From contig OZ210884.1 in assembly GCA_964658305.1 (NCBI GenBank), forward strand, positions 4,898,001-4,962,000: 64,000 nucleotides of DNA, read 5' to 3'. Shown piece after piece: positions 1 to 11,201 of this stretch; position 1 is the first letter of the stretch, and every line of letters begins with the position of its first letter. The notes below the pieces were generated by a model. That model made no database searches. It saw only the letters and a list, made by a program, of their open reading frames with translations, and was not told the DNA's origin. The translations under genes were made by a program, and so were the position numbers. Origin of the DNA: Leptogorgia sarmentosa (Eukaryota).

Positions 1-1795
1 CCAATGTGTTTAATGACCATTTTGCTCCCTAGACTGATTCAAGCCCCAACCAACTGAGCTGTTGTATACATGCGTAATACTGTATATATTATTCCTTTTC
101 GTGCATGGGATTACCCTTATAATAATTCCGCGTAAGTCAAATCCTATTCGGTAACATTAGCTACTTAGGCATTTTGAGCAAGCAATCGCTGTGTTTGGCC
201 ACAAAGTTGAAATAGAAGCCAATCTACAAACTTCAGTCATTCCATTCGATAGAATTACTGTGAACGTCATAATTTTTCATTCGGTCCTTTAATAAAATGA
301 CAATAAGTGCAAGCTTATTAGGCGATCCTACTGGAATTATTGAAAGTATGATTAAGATTCTTGAGATAAGTACTTCTATAATCCGACATGTTAGCATTTG
401 TCTATTAATCCAATTTTCTGTAGTAATAATATTAAATATTGATGACAATACTTAGGATTTACATGATTTACCTTTCGTAATTCAAGATCCAGGATGATGA
501 CAATACTGCGTGCCAAATCAATTCTAATTTTTTCTAAACAACTTGATAGCCTCGATATTCCTTGATCGTTCAGTTATCACTTGTTCCGTGACCAAGTATT
601 TTAAAAGCTTTTTACGAAATTGTCTTAAAGTATTTGTTGCATGGCAGCCAAGACTGTTGTCTGTATCACTCTCCATGTGCCCTCATTTTTTCCGCTTCTT
701 AAACGTAATATCTTTACAAAGCCGAGATAATTCTGCATGTAAAATTTGATAATTGCGTGCAGGCATGCAACGCAAGTCAACCCTAGCCCGTTGATATGGA
801 AATATGGATTTTTTTGTTCGGTTGACAAGGATATACCAGGAGTAAGCGAATTGAACCACTGTGATAGCGATATCCTTGTTCATATTTCCGCATTAATTTT
901 CTAATTATTCAGTTTTTTACAGAAAACAATTGCCCAATTATCCTCATAACTGACCCGAGCATTAAAACACAATGGTAAAATATCGAGATTACCATAAATA
1001 ACCTCGCAAGTGAAACTAAACTGAAATACTGAATTGTTCAAATTTGAATGGCTTAACCTGGCGAATATAACTTGCGATTTAATCATGTATGCGAAGTTTG
1101 TCTTTTAGATTTTAAAAGTTAAGAAGCAGCTTCAAATTTCCGATTCGTGGGCTTACAAAGTTCAGATATTTCAAGCACGCAATTTCAACAAAATTTATTA
1201 TACGCACCTATAGAAATACCTTTTGCATCTTAGCATTCGACCACCAAGCTAATACATTAAAATTTCAACAAAAATACACTTAAAAACTTGTGAAAAACAA
1301 AAATTCCACACCTTTATTACATGAGTTGAAGTATACCTCTGTTGTAAGCCATGTACTTAGCTACCTAGTGTCACGCCAGATATACACGTACGCCTCGCTG
1401 TGACGAAAGAAGGAAAGGATTTTCAACAAACAAGGGCCATTTTTTTATCAGAGTTCTCGTCATGGTAATGAATTTTTGTTTGGAAATTTTAGATTGAAGT
1501 TTTTATTTATTTATTTAATTTAATGTGGAAGTCTTCAGATTTTTTTCGAGGGGGGGGGGGGGGGATGTATTGTTTATAACGACTTTGCAAAACAAAAAAA
1601 TGAGGTACAAGTTCTGTTTCAAGCCAGAGGTCATGTTCACTAACCAACAGTCTAAAATATAATTTTTTCTTTCATACCTTCTTAATGTGTCTTTGACAAA
1701 TAATCAAGTACAATGACCAAAAAGACATATGCGAGAATTGAAAGAACGACATTGAGAACAATTATAGCTGTACCTTAAAACAAATTCATAGGAAC
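1..1795 (-). pseudogene. Degenerate 3' remnant (TM exon, tail exon fragment, downstream region) of a gene A paralogue
   Basis: Collinear similarity to about 15700-17600. The TM exon at 1678-1773 is 96 nt versus 95 nt in gene A (taatcaagta vs taatcagta), giving a frameshift and TAA. The tail exon survives only as about 1366-1397. No upstream EGF or SEA exons were seen. Confidence 0.8.
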
Positions 1796-1900
1796 TTTAC
1801 TGTACCTCATTTACTGGTAATACATTTAAAGTGTATCGTGGTTGAATTCCGTGCTTGAGTATCGTGATTGAAGTCCGTGGTTGAAGTTCTTCAACCACGA

Positions 1901-4900
1901 CCCTTACAAAAATAAACTATAGTTTCTTTCGCCGAAACTATAGTTTAAAAAACTGTAGTAATTTGGAACAAAAACTATAGTTAAAATTAACTAAAGTTTC
2001 TAATAACAATAGTTTCCAAACGCTCGGGTTTTTCAAAACGCTCAGGTTTCAAAACGCTCAGGTTTCCAAACGCTCAGGTTTCAAAACTCTCAGGTTTCAA
2101 AACGCCCAGGTTTCAAAACGCTCAGGTTTCAATTTTGAAACCTGAGCGTTTTGAAACCTGGGCGTTTTGAAACCTGAGCGTTTGGAAACCTGAGCGATTT
2201 GAAAAACCTGAGCGTTTGGAAACCTGAGCGATTTGAAACCTGAGCGTTTTGAAAAACCTGAGCGTTTGGAAACCTGAGCGTTTGGAAACCTGAGCGCTTG
2301 GAAACCTGAGCGTTTTGAAACCTGAGCGTTTTGAAAAACCTGAGCGTTTGGAAACCTAAGCGTTTTAAAACCTGAGCGTTTTGAAAAACCTGAGCGTTTT
2401 GAAACCTGAGCGTTTTGAAAAACCTGAGCGTTTTGAAACCTGAGCGTTTTGAAACCTGAGCGTTTTGAAACCTGAGCGTTTTGAAACCTGAGCGTTTTGA
2501 AAAACCTGAGCGTTTGGAAACCTGAGCGTTTTGAAACCTGAGCGTTTTGAAACCTGAGCGTTTTGAAACCTGAGCGTTTTGGAACCTGAGCGTTTTAAAA
2601 CCTGAGCGTTTTGAAAAACCTGAGCGTTTTGAAACCTGAGCGTTCTGAAAAACCTGAGCGTTTGGAAACCTGAGCGTTTTGAAACCTGAGCGTTTTAAAA
2701 CCTGAGCGTTTTGAAAAACCTGAGCGTTTGGAAACCTGAGCGTTTGGAAACCTGATCGTTTTGAAACCTGAGCGTTTTAAAAAACCTGAGCGTTTGGAAA
2801 CCTGAGCGTTTTGAAACCTGAGCGTTTGGAAACCTGAGCGTTTTGAAACCTGAGCGTTTTAAAACCTGAGCGTTTTGAAAAACCTGAGCGTTTGGAAACC
2901 TGAGCGTTTGGAAACCTGAGTGTTTTGAAACCTGAGCGTTTTAAAAAACCTGACCGTTTGGAAACCTGAGCGTTTTGAAACCTGAGCGTTTTGAAAAACC
3001 TGAGCGTTTTGAAACCTGAGCGTTTTGAAACCTGAGCGTTTTTAAAAACCTGAGCGTTTGGAAACCTGAGCGTTTTGAAACCTGAGGGTTTTGAAAAACC
3101 TGAGTGTTTGGAAACCTGAGCGTTTTGAAACCTGAGCGTTTAGAAACCTGAGCGTTTTGAAAAACCTGAGCGTTTGGAAACCTGAGCGTTTTGAAACCTG
3201 AGCGTTTTGAAAAACCTGAGCGTTTTAAAAAACCTGAGCGTTTTGAAACCTGAGCGTTTTGAAACCTGAGCGTTTGGAAACCTGAACGTTTTGAAACCTG
3301 AGCGTTTTGAAAAACCTGAGCGTTTGGAAACCTGAGCGTTTGGAAACCTGAGCGTTTTGAAACCTGAGCGTTTTAGAACCTGAGCGTTTTGAAAAACCTG
3401 TGCGTTTGGAAACCTGAGCGTTTGGAAACCTGAACGTTTTGAAAAACCTGAGCGTTTTAAAACCTGAGCGTTTTGAAACCTGAGCGTTTTGAAAAACCTG
3501 AGCGTTTTAAAACCTGAGCGTTTTGAAACCTGAGCGTTTTGAAACCTGAGCGTTTTGAAACCTGAGCGTTTAGAAACCTGAGCGTTTTGAAAAACCTGAG
3601 CGTTTGGAAACCTGAGCGTTTTGAAACCTGAGCGTTTTGAAAAACCTGAGCGTTTTAAAAAACCTGAGCGTTTTGAAACCTGAGCGTTTTGAAACCTGAG
3701 CGTTTGGAAACCTGAACGTTTTGAAACCTGAGCGTTTTGAAAAACCTGAGCGTTTGGAAACCTGAGCGTTTGGAAACCTGAGCGTTTTGAAACCTGAGCG
3801 TTTTAGAACCTGAGCGTTTTGAAAAACCTGTGCGTTTGGAAACCTGAGCGTTTGGAAACCTGAACGTTTTGAAAAACCTGAGCGTTTTAAAACCTGAGCG
3901 TTTTGAAACCTGAGCGTTTTGAAAAACCTGAGCGTTTTAAAACCTGAGCGTTTTGAAACCTGAGCGTTTTGAAACCTGAGCGTTTTGAAACCTGAGCGTT
4001 TGGAAACCTGAGCGTTTTGAAAAACCTGAGCGTTTGGAAACCTGAGCGTTTGGAAACCTGAACGTTTTGAAACCTGAGCGTTTTGAAAAACCTGAGCGTT
4101 TGGAAACCTGAACGTTTTGAAACCTGAGCGTTTTGAAAAACCTGAGCGTTTTGAAACATGAGCGTTTTGAAACCTGAGCGTTTTGAAACCTGAGCGTTTT
4201 AAAAAACCTCAGCGTTTTGAAACCTGAGGGTTTTGAAACCTGAGCGTTTTGAAACCTGAGCGTTTTGAAACCTGAGCGTTTTAAAACCTGAGCGTTTTGG
4301 AAAACCTGAGCGTTTTGAAACATGGGCGTTTTAAAACCTGAGCGTTTTGAAAAACCTGAGCGTTTTGAAACCTGGGCGTTTTGAAACCTGAGCGTTTGGA
4401 AACCTGAGCGATTTGAAAAACCTGAGCGTTTGGAAACCTGAGCGTTTTGAAACCTGAGCGTTTGGAAACCTGAGCGTTTTGAAACCTGAGCGTTTTAAAA
4501 CTTGAGCGTTTTGAAAAACCTGAGCGTTTGGAAACCTGAGCGTTTGGAAACCTGAGTGTTTTGAAACCTGAGCGTTTTAAAAAACTTGAGCGTTTGGAAA
4601 CCTGAGCGTTTTGAAACCTGAGCGTTTGGAAACCTGAGCGTTTTGAAACCTGAGCGTTTTAAAACCTGAGCGTTTTGAAAAACCTGAGCGTTTGGAAACC
4701 TGAGCGTTTGGAAACCTGAGTGTTTTGAAACCTGAGCGTTTTAAAAAACCTGAGCGTTTGGAAACCTGAGCGTTTTGAAACCTGAGCGTTTTGAAAAACC
4801 TGAGCGTTTTGAAACCTGAGCGTTTTGAAACCTGAGCGTTTTTAAAAACCTGAGCGTTTGGAAACCTGAGCGTTTTGAAACCTGAGCGTTTTGAAAAACC

Positions 4901-7900
4901 TGAGCGTTTGGAAACCTGAGCGTTTTGAAACCTGAGCGTTTAGAAACCTGAGCGTTTTGAAAAACCTGAGCGTTTTAAAAAACCTGAGCGTTTTGAAACC
5001 TGAGCGTTTTGAAACCTGAGCGTTTGGAAACCTGAACGTTTTGAAAAACCTGAGCGTTTTGAAACCTGAGCGTTTTGAAACCTGAGCGTTTGGAAACCTG
5101 AACGTTTTGAAAAACCTGAGCGTTTTAAAACCTGAGCGTTTTGAAACCTGAACGTTTTGAAACCTGAGCGTTTTGAAACCTGAGCGTTTTGAAACCTGAG
5201 CGTTTTCAAAAACCTGAGCGTTTGGAAACCTGAGCGTTTGGAAACCTGAGCGTTTTGAAACCTGAGCGTCTTAAAACCTGAGCGTTTTCAAAAACCTGAG
5301 CGTTTGGAAACCTGAGCGTTTTGAAAAACCTGAGCGTTTGGAAACCTGAGCGTTTTGAAACCTGAGCGTTTTGAAAAACCTGAGCGTTTTAAAAAACCTG
5401 AGCGTTTTGAAACCTGAGCGTTTTGAAACCTGAGCGTTTGGAAACCTGAACGTTTTGAAAAACCTGAGCGTTTTAAAACCTGAGCGTTTTGAAACCTGAA
5501 CGTTTTGAAACCTGAGCGTTTTGAAACCTGAGCGTTTTGAAACCTGAGCGTTTTGAAAAACCTGAGCGTTTGGAAACCTGAGCGTTTGGAAACCTGAGCG
5601 TTTTGAAACCTGAGCGTCTTAAAACCTGAGCGTTTTGAAAAACCTGAGCGTTTGGAAACCTGAGCGTTTGGAAACCTGAACGTTTTGAAAAACCTGAGCG
5701 TTTTAAAACCTGAGCGTTTTGAAACCTGAGCGTTTTGAAACCTGAGCGTTTTGAAACCTGAGCGTTTGGAAACCTGAGCGTTTTGAAAAACCTGAGCGTT
5801 TGGAAACCTGAGCGTTTTGAAACCTGAGCGTTTTGAAACCTGAGGGTTTTAAAACCTGAGCGTTTTGGAAAACCTGAGCGTTTTGAAACCTGGGCGTTTG
5901 GAAACCTGAGCGTTTTGGAAAACCTGAGCGTTTTGGAAAACCTGAGCGTTTTGAAACCTGAGCGTTTTGAAACCTGAGCGTTTGGAAACCTGAGCGTTTT
6001 GAAAAACCTGAGCGTTTGGAAACCTGAGCGTTTTGGAAAACCTGAGCGTTTTGAAACCTGAGCGTTTTAAAACCTGAGCGTTTTGGAAAACCTGAGCGTT
6101 TTGAAACCTGAGCGTTTTGAAACCTGAGCGTTTGGAAACCTGAGCGTTTGGAAACCTGAGCGTTTTGAAAAACCTGAGCGTTTGGAAACCTGAGCGTTTT
6201 GAAACCTGAGCGTTTTGAAACCTGAGCGTTTTAAAACCTGAGCGTTTTGGAAAACCTGAGCGTTTTGAAACCTGGGCGTTTTAAAACCTGAGCGTTTTGA
6301 AAAACCTGAGCGTTTTGAAACCTGGGCGTTTTGAAACCTGAGTGTTTGGAAACCTGAGCGATTTGAAAAACCTGAGCGTTTTGAAACCTGAGCGTTTTAA
6401 AACTTGAGCGTTTTGATAAACCTGAGCGTTTGGAAACCTGAGCGTTTGGAAACCTGAGTGTTTTGAAACCTGAGCGTTTGAAAAAACCTGAGCATTTGGA
6501 AACCTGAGCGTTTTGAAACCTGAGCGTTTTAAAAAACCTGAGCGTTTGGAAACCTGAGCGTTTTGAAACCTGAGCGTTTGGAAAAACCTGAGCGTTTGGA
6601 AACCTGAGCGTTTGGAAACCTGAGTGTTTTGAAACCTGAGCGTTTGGAAACCCTGAGCGTTTTGAAAAACCTGTGCGTTTGGAAACCTGAGCGTTTTGGA
6701 AAACCTGAGCGTTTTGAAACCTGAGCGTTTTAAAACCTGAGCGTTTTGGAAAACCTGAGCGTTTTGAAACCTGGGCGTTTTAAAACCTGAGCGTTTTGAA
6801 AAACCTGAGCGTTTTGAAACCTGGGCGTTTTGAAACCTGAGCGTTTGGAAACCTGAGCGATTTGAAAAACCTGAGCGTTTTGAAACCTGAGCGTTTTAAA
6901 ACTTGAGCGTTTTGATAAACCTGAGCGTTTGGAAACCTGAGCGTTTGGAAACCTGAGTGTTTTGAAACCTGAGCGTTTGAAAAAACCTGAGCGTTTGGAA
7001 ACCTGAGCGTTTTGAAACCTGAGCGTTTTAAAAAACCTGAGCGTTTGGAAACCTGAGCGTTTTGAAACCTGAGCGTTTGGAAAAACCTGAGCGTTTGGAA
7101 ACCTGAGCGTTTGGAAACCTGAGTGTTTTGAAACCTGAGCGTTTGGAAACCTGAGCGTTTTGAAAAACCTGAGCGTTTGGAAACCTGAGCGTTTTGGAAA
7201 ACCTGAGCGTTTTGAAACCTGAGCGTTTTAAAACCTGAGCGTTTTGGAAAACCTGAGCGTTTTGAAACATGAGCGTTTTGAAACCTGAGCGTTTGGAAAC
7301 CTGAGCGTTTTGAAAAACCTGAGCGTTTGGAAACCTGAGCGTTTTGAAACCTGAGCGTTTTGAAACCTGAGCGTTTTAAAACCTGAGCGTTTTGGAAAAC
7401 CTGAGCGTTTTGAAACCTGGGCGTTTTAAAACCTGAGCGTTTTGAAAAACCTGAGCGTTTTGAAACCTGGGCGTTTTGAAACCTGAGCGTTTGGAAACCT
7501 GAGCGATTTGAAAAACCTGAGCGTTTTGAAACCTGAGCGTTTTAAAACTTGAGCGTTTTGATAAACCTGAGCGTTTGGAAACCTGAGCGTTTGGAAACCT
7601 GAGTGTTTTGAAACCTGAGCGTTTGAAAAAACCTGAGCGTTTGGAAACCTGAGCGTTTTGAAACCTGAGCGTTTTAAAAAACCTGAGCGTTTGGAAACCT
7701 GAGCGTTTTGAAACCTGAGCGTTTGGAAAAACCTGAGCGTTTGGAAACCTGAGCGTTTTGAAATCTGAGCGTTTTGAAAAACCTGAGCGTTTTAAAACCT
7801 GAGCGTTTTGAAACCTGAGCGTTTTGAAACCTGAGCGTTTTGAAACCTGAGCGTTTGGAAACCTGAGCGTTTTGAAAAACCTGAGCGTTTGGAAACCTGA

Positions 7901-10900
7901 GCGTTTTGAAACCTGAGCGTTTTGAAACCTGAGCGTTTTAAAACCTGAGCGTTTTGGAAAACCTGAGCGTTTTGAAACCTGGGCGTTTGGAAACCTGAGC
8001 GTTTTGGAAAACCTGAGCGTTTTGAAACCTGAGCGTTTTGAAACCTGAGCGTTTGGAAACCTGAGCGTTTTGAAAAACCTGAGCGTTTGGAAACCTGAGC
8101 CTTTTGGAAAACCTGAGCGTTTTGAAACCTGAGCGTTTTAAAACCTGAGCGTTTTGGAAAACCTGAGCGTTTTGAAACCTGAGCGTTTTGAAACCTGAGC
8201 GTTTGGAAACCTGAGCGTTTGGAAACCTGAGCGTTTTGAAAAACCTGAGCGTTTGGAAACCTGAGCGTTTTGAAACCTGAGCGTTTTGAAACCTGAGCGT
8301 TTTAAAACCTGAGCGTTTTGGAAAACCTGAGCGTTTTGAAACCTGGGCGTTTTAAAACCTGAGCGTTTTGAAAAACCTGAGCGTTTTGAAACCTGGGCGT
8401 TTTGAAACCTGAGTGTTTGGAAACCTGAGCGATTTGAAAAACCTGAGCGTTTTGAAACCTGAGCGTTTTAAAACTTGAGCGTTTTGATAAACCTGAGCGT
8501 TTGGAAACCTGAGCGTTTGGAAACCTGAGTGTTTTGAAACCTGAGCGTTTGAAAAAACCTGAGCATTTGGAAACCTGACCGTTTTGAAACCTGAGCGTTT
8601 TAAAAAACCTGAGCGTTTGGAAACCTGAGTGTTTTGAAACCTGAGCGTTTGGAAAAACCTGAGCGTTTGGAAACCTGAGCGTTTGGAAACCTGAGTGTTT
8701 TGAAACCTGAGCGTTTGGAAACCTGAGCGTTTTGAAAAACCTGAGCGTTTGGAAACCTGAGCGTTTTGGAAAACCTGAGCGTTTTGAAACCTGAGCGTTT
8801 TAAAACCTGAGCGTTTTGGAAAACCTGAGCGTTTTGAAACCTGGGGGTTTTAAAACCTGAGCGTTTTGAAAAACCTGAGCGTTTTGAAACCTGGGCGTTT
8901 TGAAACCTGAGCGTTTGGAAACCTGAGCGATTTGAAAAACCTGAGCGTTTTGAAACCTGAGCGTTTTAAAACTTGAGCGTTTTGATAAACCTGAGCGTTT
9001 GGAAACCTGAGCGTTTGGAAACCTGAGTGTTTTGAAACCTGAGCGTTTGAAAAAACCTGAGCGTTTGGAAACCTGAGCGTTTTGAAACCTGAGCGTTTTA
9101 AAAAACCTGAGCGTTTGGAAACCTGAGCGTTTTGAAACCTGAGCGTTTGGAAAAACCTGAGCGTTTGGAAACCTGAGCGTTTGGAAACCTGAGTGTTTTG
9201 AAACCTGAGCGTTTGGAAACCTGAGCGTTTTGAAAAACCTGAGCGTTTGGAAACCTGAGCGTTTTGGAAAACCTGAGCGTTTTGAAACCTGAGCGTTTTA
9301 AAACCTGAGCGTTTTGGAAAACCTGAGCGTTTTGAAACATGAGCGTTTTGAAACCTGAGCGTTTGGAAACCTGAGCGTTTTGAAACCTGAGCGTTTGGAA
9401 ACCTGAGCGTTTGGAAACCTGAGCGTTTTGAAAAACCTGAGCGTTTGGAAACCTGAGCGTTTTGGAAAACCTGAGCGTTTTGAAACCTGGGCGTTTTAAA
9501 ACCTGAGCGTTTTGAAAAACCTGAGCGTTTTGAAACCTGGGCGTTTTGAAACCTGAGCGTTTGGAAAACTGAGCGATTTGAAAAACCTGAGCGTTTTGAA
9601 ACCTGAGCGTTTTAAAACTTGAGCGTTTTGATAAACCTGAGCGTTTGGAAACCTGAGCGTTTGGAAACCTGAGTGTTTTGAAACCTGAGCGTTTGAAAAA
9701 ACCTGAGCGTTTGGAAACCTGAGCGTTTGGAAACCTGAGCGTTTTGAAACCTGAGCGTTTTAAAAAACCTGAGCGTTTGGAAACCTGAGCGTTTTGAAAC
9801 CTGAGCGTTTGGAAAAACCTGAGCGTTTGGAAACCTGAGCGTTTTGAAACCTGAGCGTTTTGAAACCTGAGCGTTTGGAAACCTGAACGTTTTGAAAAAC
9901 CTGAGCGTTTTAAAACCTGAGCGTTTTGAAAAACCTGAGCGTTTGGAAACCTGAGCGTTTGGAAACCTGAGCGTTTTGAAACCTGAGCGTTTTAAAACCT
10001 GAGCGTTTTGAAAAACCTGAGCGTTTGGAAACCTGAGCGTTTTGAAAAACCTGAGCGTTTGGAAACCTGAGCGTTTGGAAACCTGAACGTTTTGAAAAAC
10101 CTGAGCGTTTTAAAACCTGAGCGTTTTGAAACCTGGGCGTTTTGAAAAACCTGAGCGTTTTAAAACCTGAGCGTTTTGAAACCTGAGCGTTTTGAAACCT
10201 GAGCGTTTTGAAACCTGAGCGTTTGGAAACCTGAGCGTTTTGAAAAACCTGAGCGTTTGGAAACCTGAGCGTTTGGAAACCTGAACGTTTTGAAACCTGA
10301 GCGTTTTGAAAAACCTGAGCGTTTGGAAACCTGAACGTTTTGAAACCTGAGCGTTTTGAAAAACCTGAGCGTTTTGAAACATGAGCGTTTTGAAACCTGA
10401 GCGTTTTGAAACCTGAGCGTTTTAAAAAACCTCAGCGTTTTGAAACCTGAGGGTTTTGAAACCTGAGCGTTTTGAAACCTGAGCTTATTGAAACCTGAGC
10501 GTTTTAAAACCTGAGCGTTTTGGAAAACCTGAGCGTTTTGAAACCTGGGCGTTTTAAAACCTGAGCGTTTTGAAAAACCTGAGCGTCTTGAAACCTGGGC
10601 GTTTTGAAACCTGAGCGTTTGGAAACCTGAGCGATTTGAAAAACCTGAGCGTTTGGAAACCTGAGCGTTTTGAAACCTGAGCGTTTGGAAACCTGAGCGT
10701 TTTGAAACCTGAGCGTTTTAAAACCTGAGCGTTTTGAAAAACCTGAGCGTTTGGAAACCTGAGCGTTTTAAAAAACCTGAGCGTTTGGAAACCTGAGCGT
10801 TTTGAAACCTGAGCGTTTGGAAACCTGAGCGTTTTGAAACCTGAGCGTTTTGAAACCTGAGCGTTTTGAAACCTGTGCGTTTTGAAACCTGAGCGTTTTG

Positions 10901-11201
10901 AAACCTGAGCGTTTTGAAACCTGTGCGTTTTGAAACCTGAGCGTTTTGAAACCTGAGCGTTTGGAAATTATAGTTATTAGGAACTTTAGTTAAATTAACT
11001 ATAGTTTTTGTTCCAAATTACTATAGTTTTTTAAACTATAGTTTCGGTGGAAAAAACTATAGTTTATTAATAATTATAGTTTTGTGAAACTATAGTTATT
11101 AGAAACTTTAGTTAATTTTAACTGTAGTTTTTGTTCCAAATTACTACAGTTTTTTAAACTATAGTTTCGGTGAAAGAAACTATAGTTTATTTTTGTAACG
11201 G
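1901..11201. mobile_element. Non-autonomous TIR DNA element (CCC/GGG-type termini, 2-bp TSD; CMC/EnSpm-like, foldback-type) carrying an internal satellite
   Basis: The left end CCCTTACAAAAATAAACTATAGTTT and right end AAACTATAGTTTATTTTTGTAACGG are inverted repeats. An ~115-bp AAACTATAGTT-rich subterminal block occurs once on the left and twice, inverted, on the right (about 10963-11201). GA is duplicated on both sides (1899-1900, 11202-11203). No transposase ORF. The superfamily assignment is inferred from the termini and TSD length. Confidence 0.8.
2014..10967. repeat. 16/18-bp tandem satellite (GAAACCTGAGCGTTTT; GAAAAACCTGAGCGTTTT), roughly 530 units estimated from length
   Basis: About 7 units in reverse orientation at 2014-2130, an inversion point near 2131-2136, then a forward array to about 10967. 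Confidence 0.97.

Noticed and set aside
233..448. ORF with a counterpart near 16290-16443
   Set aside because: The reading frame is not conserved between the two copies; it is best explained as duplicated non-coding downstream sequence.
1549..1564. Poly-G/C runs (also about 12145-12160 and 42775-42790)
   Set aside because: Simple homopolymers with no further supporting structure.
3887..10382. Minus-strand ORFs with FQNAQVSKRSGFKTLR repeats
   Set aside because: These are translations of the 16-bp satellite cycling through three frames, with no gene context.
2014..10967. CRISPR-like or telomeric array
   Set aside because: The units abut with no unique spacers, there are no cas genes, the context is eukaryotic, and the unit is not a TTAGGG-type repeat.
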